Shown one piece after another: positions 1-9,144 of a DNA stretch of 64,000 nt. Position 1 is the stretch's first letter; every line of letters begins with the position of its first letter. The notes below the pieces were generated by a model. It was not told the DNA's origin and ran no database searches. It saw nothing but the letters and a program-made list of their open reading frames with translations. The DNA comes from a virus (lineage: Duplodnaviria > Caudoviricetes): positions 15,170 to 79,169 of IMG/VR virus record IMGVR_UViG_3300021963_003887. One strand, written 5' to 3'. The translations under genes were made by a program, and so were the position numbers.

Positions 1-51
1 TACGTACTCAGCTTGTTTATCGTTAAAATAGAAAAATTCTAGAAGCTTCAT
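1..51 (-). CDS. partial CDS (N-terminus MKLLEFFYFNDKQAEYV...), runs off the window edge; probable late/virion protein
   Basis: ATG at 51-49, frame open to position 1; lies 5 nt after an AATAAATA late-promoter-like box overlapping the portal stop codon. Confidence 0.55.
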   Translation of the reverse strand, partial: MKLLEFFYFNDKQAEYV

Positions 52-56
52 TCTAA

Positions 57-64
57 TATTTATT
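57..64 (-). promoter_or_regulatory. late promoter-like box AATAAATA
   Basis: one mismatch to the T4 gp55 consensus TATAAATA; immediately upstream of an ATG. Confidence 0.5.
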
Positions 65-1781
65 AGATTGCCGTCGGAGTTGATGGCGTTGCTGCAGCTG
101 TATCCCCACCTTCTGGGGCTGGATTTTCAGCTTGTGCGGCTAAATCATCTGGTGCTTCTTGATCCTGTGCATCCATATCTGCTGATATTCCACCGGGTGT
201 TACACCTACTGATCTCATTTCGCTTGCTGCATTCATTGCGGCCGATACCAGCGTTCCGTTTTCTTCTTTCCACATACGCTCGTTTTCTGTGATTTCTTCT
301 TGACTTAGGCCTAAGAAGCGTTTTAGAGCAAAGCGTTTACTCATAAAAGGAACTTCTTGCAGTGCTGCGAATGTCTGTACTCGAGCATTGTCAAGTTCAC
401 TTTGACGATAGGCCGCAAAGTTTTGCGGAGGATTAAACTTTAATTCAAATAAACTGTTGTCGATATTAATGCCAGTATCGATCAACCATGTTTTAAATTC
501 TAGATCAAATTCTTCAATTAAATTTGTCTGTAGGCGTTTACAGTATTCATTAAAACGTAGCTCTTGGATGTAGGCTGTGCCTACTTTTCCGTCTGTGAAT
601 GCTGCTTGACTATCGTCGGGCATTGTAGGAAGATAGCTGCTAGGAATACGTAATGCACGGAATAATTTATTAGTAAAATAACGTAAGTCGTCGATCTCGC
701 CTAGATTAGTACCACCTGGTAAAGTATCAACTTTTGATCCTCGTCCTTCTGCTGTCTGCGGGAAAAAGTAATCTTCGGATATGCTTAATGGATTATAACT
801 AGCATCAATCATATTAGCACCGCCGCCGCTTTGGCTAGGTATGCGTCTTTGATTAATTTCGTTTTTTACACGTTCTACAAAGCTCATGGCCATGTGTGCT
901 GGCATGTTACCGACGTCAATATAGAACACTCTGCGTTCTGGAGCACGTTGTACACGATAGATAATAATAGCGTCTTCAAGCAGTTCTTTCTGCTTGTAGA
1001 CTTTGAATACTGATTCTAATAATGAATTGCCAAACGGATAGTTATTGTCTAATCCTTCTGATAAGCTCAAATGTACGATATGTTTAGCATCGATAGCTAA
1101 TTCTTCTTGGGTAGTACTGAACCTAGTACCTGTCTGTGTAGGTGCTGTGCCTACCATGCCTCGTCCAAAAGACCCGCCGCTGACGTATGAGGCAGAACCT
1201 GCTGGAGTTTTATTTGTATTATTCAGTAATGAAGTTGCTACTAGATTTCTAAAATTAAAATTCATGTCACGAACTACATACTGTTCGGGCTTTTTACCTT
1301 CAGATTCGTTGACTATAATTTTTACTAGTTTAGCAGGATCAACATAATGGAGTTTTTGTGTTTCCGGATCTCTGATAAAAAACGAATCACCGTATTTGAA
1401 AACGTTACGCACAATGCGGAACATACGTGTTTCAAATTGTTGGAACTTATGCCACTTCTGTAATCCATCTTTAAGGATTTTAACTTCTGTAGCTGTAGGT
1501 TGTCCTTTGAAATTGATTTGGAAAGCTGTGTTGTTTTCTCTGTTAGTTTGTGTACAGAATTCTGCTAGGATGTCTAGGGCAGCATTAACTTCTGAGTCCA
1601 TGTCCATAGTTTCATACTGCATGTATCGTTCTACACGATTTGGAGTACCCGCATATACATCAGGTAAAAAACTAGAATAGTTTGAGCGTGCCGGGCCTGG
1701 TCGAGAACCATTCCCCAATGGGCTCATGGATCCTGCTTGTTTAGCTACAGGTACAGGCGTAAAATATTTTTTCCAACTCAA
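63..1781 (-). CDS. gp20: portal vertex protein, T4 gp20-like
   Basis: hallmark motifs LEDAIIIYRVQRAPERRVFYIDVGNMP, EDYFFP..EGRGSKVDTLPGGTNLGEIDD, LFRALRIPSSYL; TTG start preceded by GGAG. Confidence 0.95.
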   Translation of the reverse strand: MSWKKYFTPVPVAKQAGSMSPLGNGSRPGPARSNYSSFLPDVYAGTPNRVERYMQYETMDMDSEVNAALDILAEFCTQTNRENNTAFQINFKGQPTATEVKILKDGLQKWHKFQQFETRMFRIVRNVFKYGDSFFIRDPETQKLHYVDPAKLVKIIVNESEGKKPEQYVVRDMNFNFRNLVATSLLNNTNKTPAGSASYVSGGSFGRGMVGTAPTQTGTRFSTTQEELAIDAKHIVHLSLSEGLDNNYPFGNSLLESVFKVYKQKELLEDAIIIYRVQRAPERRVFYIDVGNMPAHMAMSFVERVKNEINQRRIPSQSGGGANMIDASYNPLSISEDYFFPQTAEGRGSKVDTLPGGTNLGEIDDLRYFTNKLFRALRIPSSYLPTMPDDSQAAFTDGKVGTAYIQELRFNEYCKRLQTNLIEEFDLEFKTWLIDTGINIDNSLFELKFNPPQNFAAYRQSELDNARVQTFAALQEVPFMSKRFALKRFLGLSQEEITENERMWKEENGTLVSAAMNAASEMRSVGVTPGGISADMDAQDQEAPDDLAAQAENPAPEGGDTAAATPSTPTAI

Positions 1782-1802
1782 TTTATTCTCCAGTGCTTGA
1801 CC

Positions 1803-4289
1803 TTAGGTCATAGCTAACAGTTTAGAACGTTCTAATCCAACATCTTGTTTTGCTACATCAATCATGCGATTAATATTACTATTTAAACGTTTTACTACAT
1901 CTCTCATCGAGATCTGAGCACTTGTATTGATCACATTTTGAAGTTGTCCTGGTGATACTACTGCTTCTTTTCCGTGAAGTGTGGCCATTGTACCGCGTTT
2001 AAAGTTTCCAAACAATCCTCCAAGGGTTCCAAGAGTACCAGTATTCATACCCATATAAGTTGAAGGATATTCTTTACGTAATCTTTCTACTTCATCGGCA
2101 TACTCTTTTCTCTCCATGATCTTTTGAATTTTAGGGAGATTTCTATCTTTTGTTTGGGCAAACATCTTAGCATCAAACATTACTCGTCTTAAAGGATTTA
2201 GATTAGTACCTATTCCACGTATGTTCTTGTTTAAAAGATTAGCCACTGCTTCTCTCTGTAACAGTGTTAATCCTCCAAATTGATCGCTATCATCAATTAT
2301 TGAAGCACCCGCCTGTGCTTTACGTTCTCGAAGTGCTAGAATTGCTGCGGTAAGAGCAGCATTTGTAACTTCACTGCCGCTACCTCCTTCATAAACGCTT
2401 CCGTAAGATCTAAAACGTCCATCTGAGCCTCTTAATAAATCTCTAATATAATATGTTTTACCATCTATAACAACTTTTTCATCTTCCGGATTCACCGGCA
2501 TCCTTCTTTCTTCTTTAGGCAAAAATATCTGTCTTCCACTTTCTTTGGCAAAGCCAAGTTTAGCTTCAGCTGCTGCTGCCATCCGATCAAGGTCTGGGCC
2601 GATTCCTATTTTTGCCAGCCACTTTGCTGCACCTTCAACATTAAATGTTGAATATATTGCTTTTCGCATGTACATATGAAAATATATAATAGCCGCTTCA
2701 AACATGCCTTCAAATATATTTTTCATGTATACAAGCGTGTCATCATCTGTGAGATTTGCAAAAAAGTTTTTTACATATGGTAAAGCATCATTAGCTAATT
2801 GTATTAGATATTTGTTAAACGCTCTCAGTTGATCGGGCACCATAGCTATTTTAAATTCTTTAGCCAGATCTTTCATAACGGGAAAGAATCCTTTTAATAA
2901 CGCCCGATAGACACGATATACCGATCTTTGAAATTTTCTTAGAGTGTCTGTAAACGCATCTGTTTTACCTTGTTCTTTTTTAGCGGCTTCAACCATCTTA
3001 ACAAATTGACTTTGCATGTTTTTGCTTAGACCGCCTTGTTTAATCATAAATTCCATTGCTGGTGTGAGAGCCTTAACTAGTTTTTTAGAACTTTCATTTC
3101 CCGACACCGAACCTTTTATTATGCCTTCTAATTCTCTCATAGCTTCTTTAGAATTAGCTAATTGACTACCTATGGTATTATTAACATAATCTTCAAATAC
3201 TTTAGGACTAACACTAGTATCTTTAGCCATTTTAATAATAGTGTCCATAGACCTTTCAAAACTTGGCCCTAACGCATACTGTAATGCTATTACAGTATCA
3301 TTGATAGACTGAACACCCAATTCTCTAGATTTAAATAGTTCTGCTCCCTGAGCACCAAACACCATAGAAAAACTCTGTAAAGCTGTTTCCATCCTAGCCT
3401 GCTGAGCAGGCAGTAATTTTCCAACTTTTAGTTTATATGATATATCTTGATTAGCTGCTGCTGCGGCTTCTTGACGCTGCTCCTTGCCCATACCTGTTAT
3501 TTTTTGAAAAGCATCAATTTGACTAGCATATTGTAAAAATTCGTTGCTGGTGCTGTTAAGATTTTTTTCTGTTACAGCTTTTCCTCTTCTAGTTGCGGCA
3601 TAGAATTCTAATAGTAAATCATTTTGTTGATATGTGTTATATCCCCATCGGTCTAATATATCCGATACTTTATCAGAATCCATAAACATAGCAGCAGATA
3701 ATTTTCGTAGATTATCTATACCGGTAGTCATCGTACCTCCGCCTAAAGATACCAACGTTTCTGCGTTACTTCCAACCAACGACACAAGCTCGTCAGTAGA
3801 CAATCCCATATCTAAAGCAGTTTCTTTAAATTTAAAAATACTATAATTAAATGTTGCTCCGTGCTTGTTTGCTTCTCGCAGCCCGTCGTTCCAAGATTCT
3901 AAAGCCACTATAGTTTCTGTTACAATGCCGGCAAGATCACCCAAGGTGTCTCCTACTACTGGAAGTTTTTTAATTAAATCATCTTGTATAAATTTTCCGT
4001 AAGCACTGAGTTTATCTTCACCCCTAGCTATCATAGAGATAAAATTCTTACCAGCACTGACTGTATTTGATAGTCCGGCAGTTAATGTAGTAAACCCTTT
4101 TTTTAGTAATTTAAGTGATGTGCCAGCAGCACCTGCTTCGTCAGCTACGTCATCATCGCCTCCTCTGTTGTTGTTAGAGTTGTCTTTATAATATCTAACA
4201 ATTTCTTGAAGCGTGGCTTCAGACGCAGCATTGTTGATTACGCCGCTACCTAATTTTGAACTAAAGTATTCTACAGTATTTTTGGCCAT
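1803..4289 (-). CDS. tape-measure-like protein (paralog 2, no peptidase domain)
   Basis: 828 aa, A/L/K/S-rich helical composition; C-terminal LHGKEAVVSP motif typical of phage tape measures; paralogous to 4289..6874. Confidence 0.7.
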   Translation of the reverse strand: MAKNTVEYFSSKLGSGVINNAASEATLQEIVRYYKDNSNNNRGGDDDVADEAGAAGTSLKLLKKGFTTLTAGLSNTVSAGKNFISMIARGEDKLSAYGKFIQDDLIKKLPVVGDTLGDLAGIVTETIVALESWNDGLREANKHGATFNYSIFKFKETALDMGLSTDELVSLVGSNAETLVSLGGGTMTTGIDNLRKLSAAMFMDSDKVSDILDRWGYNTYQQNDLLLEFYAATRRGKAVTEKNLNSTSNEFLQYASQIDAFQKITGMGKEQRQEAAAAANQDISYKLKVGKLLPAQQARMETALQSFSMVFGAQGAELFKSRELGVQSINDTVIALQYALGPSFERSMDTIIKMAKDTSVSPKVFEDYVNNTIGSQLANSKEAMRELEGIIKGSVSGNESSKKLVKALTPAMEFMIKQGGLSKNMQSQFVKMVEAAKKEQGKTDAFTDTLRKFQRSVYRVYRALLKGFFPVMKDLAKEFKIAMVPDQLRAFNKYLIQLANDALPYVKNFFANLTDDDTLVYMKNIFEGMFEAAIIYFHMYMRKAIYSTFNVEGAAKWLAKIGIGPDLDRMAAAAEAKLGFAKESGRQIFLPKEERRMPVNPEDEKVVIDGKTYYIRDLLRGSDGRFRSYGSVYEGGSGSEVTNAALTAAILALRERKAQAGASIIDDSDQFGGLTLLQREAVANLLNKNIRGIGTNLNPLRRVMFDAKMFAQTKDRNLPKIQKIMERKEYADEVERLRKEYPSTYMGMNTGTLGTLGGLFGNFKRGTMATLHGKEAVVSPGQLQNVINTSAQISMRDVVKRLNSNINRMIDVAKQDVGLERSKLLAMT

Positions 4290-6874
4290 TATGCTATTGT
4301 CATTTTATTATTTTCTATATAAGAAAGTTGAGATCTTGATAGATTAGTACGCTCTCTCATTAACAATTCTAATCTTGCAAAATTTACATCTATAGATTCC
4401 AACAATTCTCTAGTGGCTATATTGCCAGCACCTGTCATAACATTATTCATTTGCTCAGGAGTCATAACAGCTTTTGTACCTTCTAACATAACATCTGTGG
4501 CTGATCCAAAATCTTTAAACAAACTACCATAAGTTCCTAAAGTTCCTGTACTCATACCTGGCTTTATTAACGATGTAGGATCAAATCTTACTCCGTTGCG
4601 TCTAGCTTCTAAATGTAGATGTCGACCTGTAGAAGTTCCTGCTCCCGGATCGCCCTTGCCGCCTCCTGATATTCCTATCTCTGTGCCAGCCGTTACTGTA
4701 CCGCCATGTAGTTTTCTAGTAAATTGTTCTTGTGTGTCGTTTTGGTGTAAATGACCGTAAAGTAATTCAACACCGTCGGCACCTAAAATTTTTGCATAGT
4801 ATCCGTAACCCGGTTCATGTCCGTATAAAATTTTTCCGTCTATGCCGGCTCTTATTTTTGCTTTATCCGCCTTTACATCTAAACCTGGATGTGCAGTTTC
4901 ACGCATCACGTTACCATTATCATCGCGATATTGACGTATATTACCAAATTCGCTGTTTATTGATAAAGCTGCTCCTTTTCCTACGGGATTAAAAATAGCT
5001 AGTTTATCTTTTAATTCAGCAACTATTTTATCTGAAGCAGCTATTACACCTTGATCTTTTTTACCGGTTTCGGTTATTGAGCTTGCCCTACCACTCTTAT
5101 TTGGTACTGCTGCCCCTCTTTCTGATTGTGGTGTATATCTTTCTGGTAACTTTGGACGAAGTATATTTTGTCTCTGTTCGTGATCTTCTAGAGCTTTTGC
5201 TAATGCGTTATCTCTATCTACAGCAAAATCGCCCATCTTATCTTTATCAAACATGGTTTTAGCATGGTACATAAAATTAATGCCCATACGATCAAAGAAA
5301 TATGTTACTTCGTTCCAGATAAAGTCTCTGCCGTTTTCATCTCCTAGATATTTGAAAAATGTTATCACATCAGGCAGATACTTTTCAACACTGTCTTTGA
5401 TCCAGGTACCAAACTGTCTTACTTTACCCGGAAGATCTTGTCTTTCTAAAAATTTTCCTAGATCATCTAACAATGGATATAAAAACTCCATTAGCTGAAA
5501 TTTTAAATCCTGCATCGCCATTTCAAAATCATTTAGAAATTTAGTAATTGCGTCTCTAGCTTTTTGTTCTTCTCTGGCTTTCTTAAACATGTCGCGAAGA
5601 TCTTTTTCAGTTAACTTAGACACATCTCCGTATTTTACCAATTGATTTAGAATAGGATTTATAGCAGCGGTAAGAGATTTTGCATCTCCGTAACTGGCAC
5701 CAGCAGCAGCTAATAGTCCTTCTAAACCAGATGCTGATTTAGCAGATTTTAACATCACTGAAATAATATCATCTTCTATTCTACTAGACATCTTATCTAC
5801 AGTAACATTGGTATCTAACGCAGTGTTAATAGAATCTTTCATAGCCCTAACTAATTGCGGTTGTAATACCATTAAGTTTCTAGCACCTTCATCGCCTGGC
5901 GGCATTTGAAGATACAATGATTTATACAGTTCAGCACCAGACTGGCCATACATAGCAGTGTAATTGGCTAATGTGTTAAGCAACTTAGTTCGTTCTTTTT
6001 CATCTAATTTTTGTAAAGCCATTTTAAACACAACGTCTTTAGTTGCTACAGCCATTTCTTCTTCTAATTTTTTTACACTTTTTCCTGTCAATGAAGTCAA
6101 TCTCATTATGTTGAGTTGAAACTTTTCATAACTTTCTGCGACATCGTCATCTGAACGTTTATCTTTAAGTAATCCTCCGCCCATAATATCAATATAGCTA
6201 ATCAATCCTTCATTAACATTCCTAGCATTCATACCCATTTGTCTTAGAGTTTGTGTTGCTTTGCCGCCATCCCTATTCAGTAGTCTAGATATTTTACTAA
6301 ATCTTTCAGCACCTTCAGTAACTGTTTTTCCTAGGTTCAGCATCACTGATGAGTTGCTAGAAATCATTTTCATATACGAATCAATATCCATAGCCGCAGC
6401 CGTTGCTGCTTTTGAAGCTCTAAGGATACTGTTACCAAATGTTGCTCCAGTTTGAGTGCCTGTTTTTAAACTGTCATTCCAATCTTCAAACACTTCAATG
6501 CTGTCACTGATTATTCCACCTAGTCCACCTAACAGGCCCCCAACGATAGGCAATTTAGCAATAACTTGATCATTTAATGTTTTGGTATAAGAACTCATCT
6601 TGGTGTTGCCTGTTAGCAACATTGCTCCCATACTGCCCACGGCACCTATTACATTGCCAATCTGATTACCTAGACCGTTGGCTAATTTTGACATTACATC
6701 TAGATTTTTAGCTGGATTTTTTGCCTTGCCAGATCCGCCACCACCGCCACCGGAAGATTTAGATTCTGATTTAATTGCGGCCAGTAGTTCACGCATAGTA
6801 GCTTCGCTAGCTATGTTGTTTAGTACTGTACCGTCTAGTTCTCCGCCTAGGATTTCTACTGTAGTTTTTGCCAT
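4289..6874 (-). CDS. tape-measure-like protein with C-terminal M23 (LytM) peptidase domain
   Basis: 861 aa helical body; M23 zinc motifs HPGLD (HxxxD), YGHL, STGRHLHLE (HxH). Confidence 0.8.
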   Translation of the reverse strand: MAKTTVEILGGELDGTVLNNIASEATMRELLAAIKSESKSSGGGGGGSGKAKNPAKNLDVMSKLANGLGNQIGNVIGAVGSMGAMLLTGNTKMSSYTKTLNDQVIAKLPIVGGLLGGLGGIISDSIEVFEDWNDSLKTGTQTGATFGNSILRASKAATAAAMDIDSYMKMISSNSSVMLNLGKTVTEGAERFSKISRLLNRDGGKATQTLRQMGMNARNVNEGLISYIDIMGGGLLKDKRSDDDVAESYEKFQLNIMRLTSLTGKSVKKLEEEMAVATKDVVFKMALQKLDEKERTKLLNTLANYTAMYGQSGAELYKSLYLQMPPGDEGARNLMVLQPQLVRAMKDSINTALDTNVTVDKMSSRIEDDIISVMLKSAKSASGLEGLLAAAGASYGDAKSLTAAINPILNQLVKYGDVSKLTEKDLRDMFKKAREEQKARDAITKFLNDFEMAMQDLKFQLMEFLYPLLDDLGKFLERQDLPGKVRQFGTWIKDSVEKYLPDVITFFKYLGDENGRDFIWNEVTYFFDRMGINFMYHAKTMFDKDKMGDFAVDRDNALAKALEDHEQRQNILRPKLPERYTPQSERGAAVPNKSGRASSITETGKKDQGVIAASDKIVAELKDKLAIFNPVGKGAALSINSEFGNIRQYRDDNGNVMRETAHPGLDVKADKAKIRAGIDGKILYGHEPGYGYYAKILGADGVELLYGHLHQNDTQEQFTRKLHGGTVTAGTEIGISGGGKGDPGAGTSTGRHLHLEARRNGVRFDPTSLIKPGMSTGTLGTYGSLFKDFGSATDVMLEGTKAVMTPEQMNNVMTGAGNIATRELLESIDVNFARLELLMRERTNLSRSQLSYIENNKMTIA

Positions 6875-6912
6875 TTAAGTGTCCAGGATTATAATACCAG
6901 AAAATCTGCGTA

Positions 6913-6920
6913 TATAAATA
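6913..6920 (+). promoter_or_regulatory. T4-type late promoter TATAAATA for the 6952 gene
   Basis: exact T4 late consensus in a 77-bp divergent intergenic gap; a gp55-like sigma is encoded in the window. Confidence 0.7.
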
Positions 6921-6932
6921 TCTTGCTACGTT

Positions 6933-6940
6933 TATTTATA
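6933..6940 (-). promoter_or_regulatory. T4-type late promoter TATAAATA for the tape-measure/portal operon
   Basis: TATTTATA on plus strand equals the exact consensus on minus, upstream of the 6874 start. Confidence 0.7.
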
Positions 6941-6951
6941 GGTGGAAAAAC

Positions 6952-7845
6952 ATGCCAGATTTTGATCCAAGTAAGTTTCAGTCTCAACAAAATGCTGCTC
7001 CAGCAGTTAATCCTCTAGCGGCGTTTTTTAGACAACCAAAGATCTATGTTTCTCTGCCGTCAAAAGGTGAATTTTATCCGGAAGGGTCGTTAAAAAAGAC
7101 CACTAACAACGAATATCCTGTGTTCGCCATGACGGCCAGGGATGAATTGTTATTTAAAACTCCAGACGCATTGATGAACGGAGTAGCAACTAGAGAAGTT
7201 ATCAGCAGCTGCATCCCCAACATTTTAGATCCTTGGAAAATTCCAAGTCTCGATGTTGATGCTGTATTATCAGCAATTAGGATTGCTACATACGGCGAAG
7301 AGATGGAAGTTTCTGTTAGATGCCCCCAATGTGAAAATCTTAACGACTCTATGGTTGATCTACGTGATGTGTTAGATAGATTAAACAAAATTAATTTTGA
7401 TACCAAAGTTGAAATTGGTTCAGACATGATTGTGTATCTGCGTCCTATGACTTACGAAGAAATTACTAAAACTGCTTTAAAGGCATTTGAGCATCAGCGA
7501 ATTTTTCAAGTAATCAACGATGACACAATTGAAGAGCAAGAAAAATTAAGAATTTTCCAAGAAAGTTTTATTAAATTAACCGATTTAACCATAGACACTG
7601 CTGTAAACTGTATTACAAGGATTGAAAGTTCTGCGGGTATGACTGAGGATCCTGCGTTTATAAAAGAATTTTTACAAAAGACCGACAAGTCTGTGTTTGA
7701 ACAGATTAACACAGCAGTAAGCAAGACTAGAGAAACTGGAAATCTTAGCAGCTTCCATAGCAAATGTCAAAAATGCGAGCATGAATGGGATGTTGAGCTT
7801 ACTATGGACCAATCGGATTTTTTCGGCAACGGCTTTCGACGTTAA
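6952..7845 (+). CDS. gp26: baseplate hub / tail assembly chaperone, T4 gp26-like
   Basis: LPSKGEFYP, MTARDELL, IRIATYGE, two CxxC pairs (CPQC, CQKC), ends DFF-GNGFRR; adjacent to tape-measure genes. Confidence 0.7.
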   Translation: MPDFDPSKFQSQQNAAPAVNPLAAFFRQPKIYVSLPSKGEFYPEGSLKKTTNNEYPVFAMTARDELLFKTPDALMNGVATREVISSCIPNILDPWKIPSLDVDAVLSAIRIATYGEEMEVSVRCPQCENLNDSMVDLRDVLDRLNKINFDTKVEIGSDMIVYLRPMTYEEITKTALKAFEHQRIFQVINDDTIEEQEKLRIFQESFIKLTDLTIDTAVNCITRIESSAGMTEDPAFIKEFLQKTDKSVFEQINTAVSKTRETGNLSSFHSKCQKCEHEWDVELTMDQSDFFGNGFRR

Positions 7846-8054
7846 GTATCCCCGAGGTATTAGCCGAGTCGAAAGCCCTTGATGAACAGGCAAAGCAGAT
7901 CAAACTAGAAGCTATGCGTTCAGTTTGGTATATGCGTGGCGGATTGTCGTTTGCCGAAGCCATGAACCTCAGTTGGGACGAAAGAGAGTTAGTCCTTGAG
8001 ATTGTCAAGGACAACATGGATATTACTAAGAGTTCTGGACTACCGTTCTTTTAA
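7824..8054 (+). CDS. -1 frame extension of the gp26-like gene (gp51/gpT-like), not in the ORF track
   Basis: -1 frame is open 7797-8054: RQRLSTLSIPEVLAESKALDEQAKQIKLEAMRSVWYMRGGLSFAEAMNLSWDERELVLEIVKDNMDITKSSGLPFF; slippery T TTT TTC at 7818-7824; first in-frame ATG only at 7914. Confidence 0.7.
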   Translation, partial: RQRLSTLSIPEVLAESKALDEQAKQIKLEAMRSVWYMRGGLSFAEAMNLSWDERELVLEIVKDNMDITKSSGLPFF

Positions 8055-9103
8055 CCAGCACGTACAGCTTTTAATAACTGAAGTGCCTTAGCAGTCTGAG
8101 CAGGATCCATCTTAACCAATTCTCCAAAAGCATTAGACATCACATTCATTTGCTCTCTAGTTAATGGATTCCCAGCCATATAGCTAGTAACCGATTTTCT
8201 TAATTGATTAGCATCAATACCTGGAAGTAATTCTGATAGTTTACCGTAGTTAAGACTGCCCTTGGTTTTAGTTGGCTCCTCGCCACCAGACATGCCCTGT
8301 TTAACTCCGCGAATGAATGATGATCCTATACCGCTGCTACCATCATCATCACCGGCATCGCCGCCTGCTTTACTAATATCTTGGGCCGAAGCACCTTGAC
8401 CACCGATAACCGCATCAAGTTGTTGTCCCATTTTGGCTTTAAGGATATCAGTAACTGCTGCTTTGATAATACTATCTACAGTTGAATTCTTAAGTTCTAC
8501 TTCGTCAATGATTGTTTCACTAACTGGGTTATATCGTAATCCCGCTAATTGAGCGATGCGTGACAATTCACCAATTCCCTCAGCTGGTTTTTTCTTTTTT
8601 TCTTTAGGAGGAACTTCACTTGCTGCCGGTGCCTCTGGTTCAGCTGGAGTTTCTGGAGCAGCAGAATCAGCCGGTGCCTCAGGACTGCCAGGCTCAGCTG
8701 GAGTTTCTGGGGCAGCGTCGCTGTCCGGACCAGGAGGTACCTCTATAGTACCAGTGGGCTCAATTTTATCCGCTCCAAGTTCTTTGGCAATATCTCCGGT
8801 TGCTGCCCCACCTGACGCCATAGCTGCTTGTTTTAATGCTGCTTCAGCTCCTGCAGTAGGAAAACCATTTGATTTTAAAAAGGCAATTAACGCATCTGAA
8901 TTAGGCTTTTGATCTGTTTGACCTAGATAAAAGTCAAATTGTTTTCTAAGACCGTTGGCGTATTTGGCCATGTCAAGAGCACCTTTAGCAGTACTACTTC
9001 CAAACTTAGAAGCAATACCTAGACCAGCCCTTTTTAACATACCTACAGGTGCTTCAGATACCTGTTGTTGTTGTTTTTGAGATAATATATCAGTGATTTT
9101 CAT
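8051..9103 (-). CDS. hypothetical late protein, possibly internal head protein; Pro/Ala/Glu-rich linker
   Basis: 350 aa; TATAAATA box and AGGA upstream; MKITDIL..SEAP N-terminus; ELSRIAQLAGL motif. Confidence 0.6.
   Translation of the reverse strand: MKITDILSQKQQQQVSEAPVGMLKRAGLGIASKFGSSTAKGALDMAKYANGLRKQFDFYLGQTDQKPNSDALIAFLKSNGFPTAGAEAALKQAAMASGGAATGDIAKELGADKIEPTGTIEVPPGPDSDAAPETPAEPGSPEAPADSAAPETPAEPEAPAASEVPPKEKKKKPAEGIGELSRIAQLAGLRYNPVSETIIDEVELKNSTVDSIIKAAVTDILKAKMGQQLDAVIGGQGASAQDISKAGGDAGDDDGSSGIGSSFIRGVKQGMSGGEEPTKTKGSLNYGKLSELLPGIDANQLRKSVTSYMAGNPLTREQMNVMSNAFGELVKMDPAQTAKALQLLKAVRAG
8626..8725. repeat. imperfect intragenic tandem duplication (~54-nt period) encoding AAPETPAEP twice
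   Basis: TCAGCTGGAGTTTCTGG occurs at ~8640 and ~8694; CCGGTGCCTC at 8626 and 8671. Confidence 0.75.
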
Positions 9104-9131
9104 TTAAAAGTGTCCTAAGAACTTATAGAGT

Positions 9132-9139
9132 TATTTATA
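9132..9139 (-). promoter_or_regulatory. T4-type late promoter TATAAATA
   Basis: exact consensus ~30 nt upstream of the 9103 start. Confidence 0.7.
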
Positions 9140-9144
9140 TGTTT

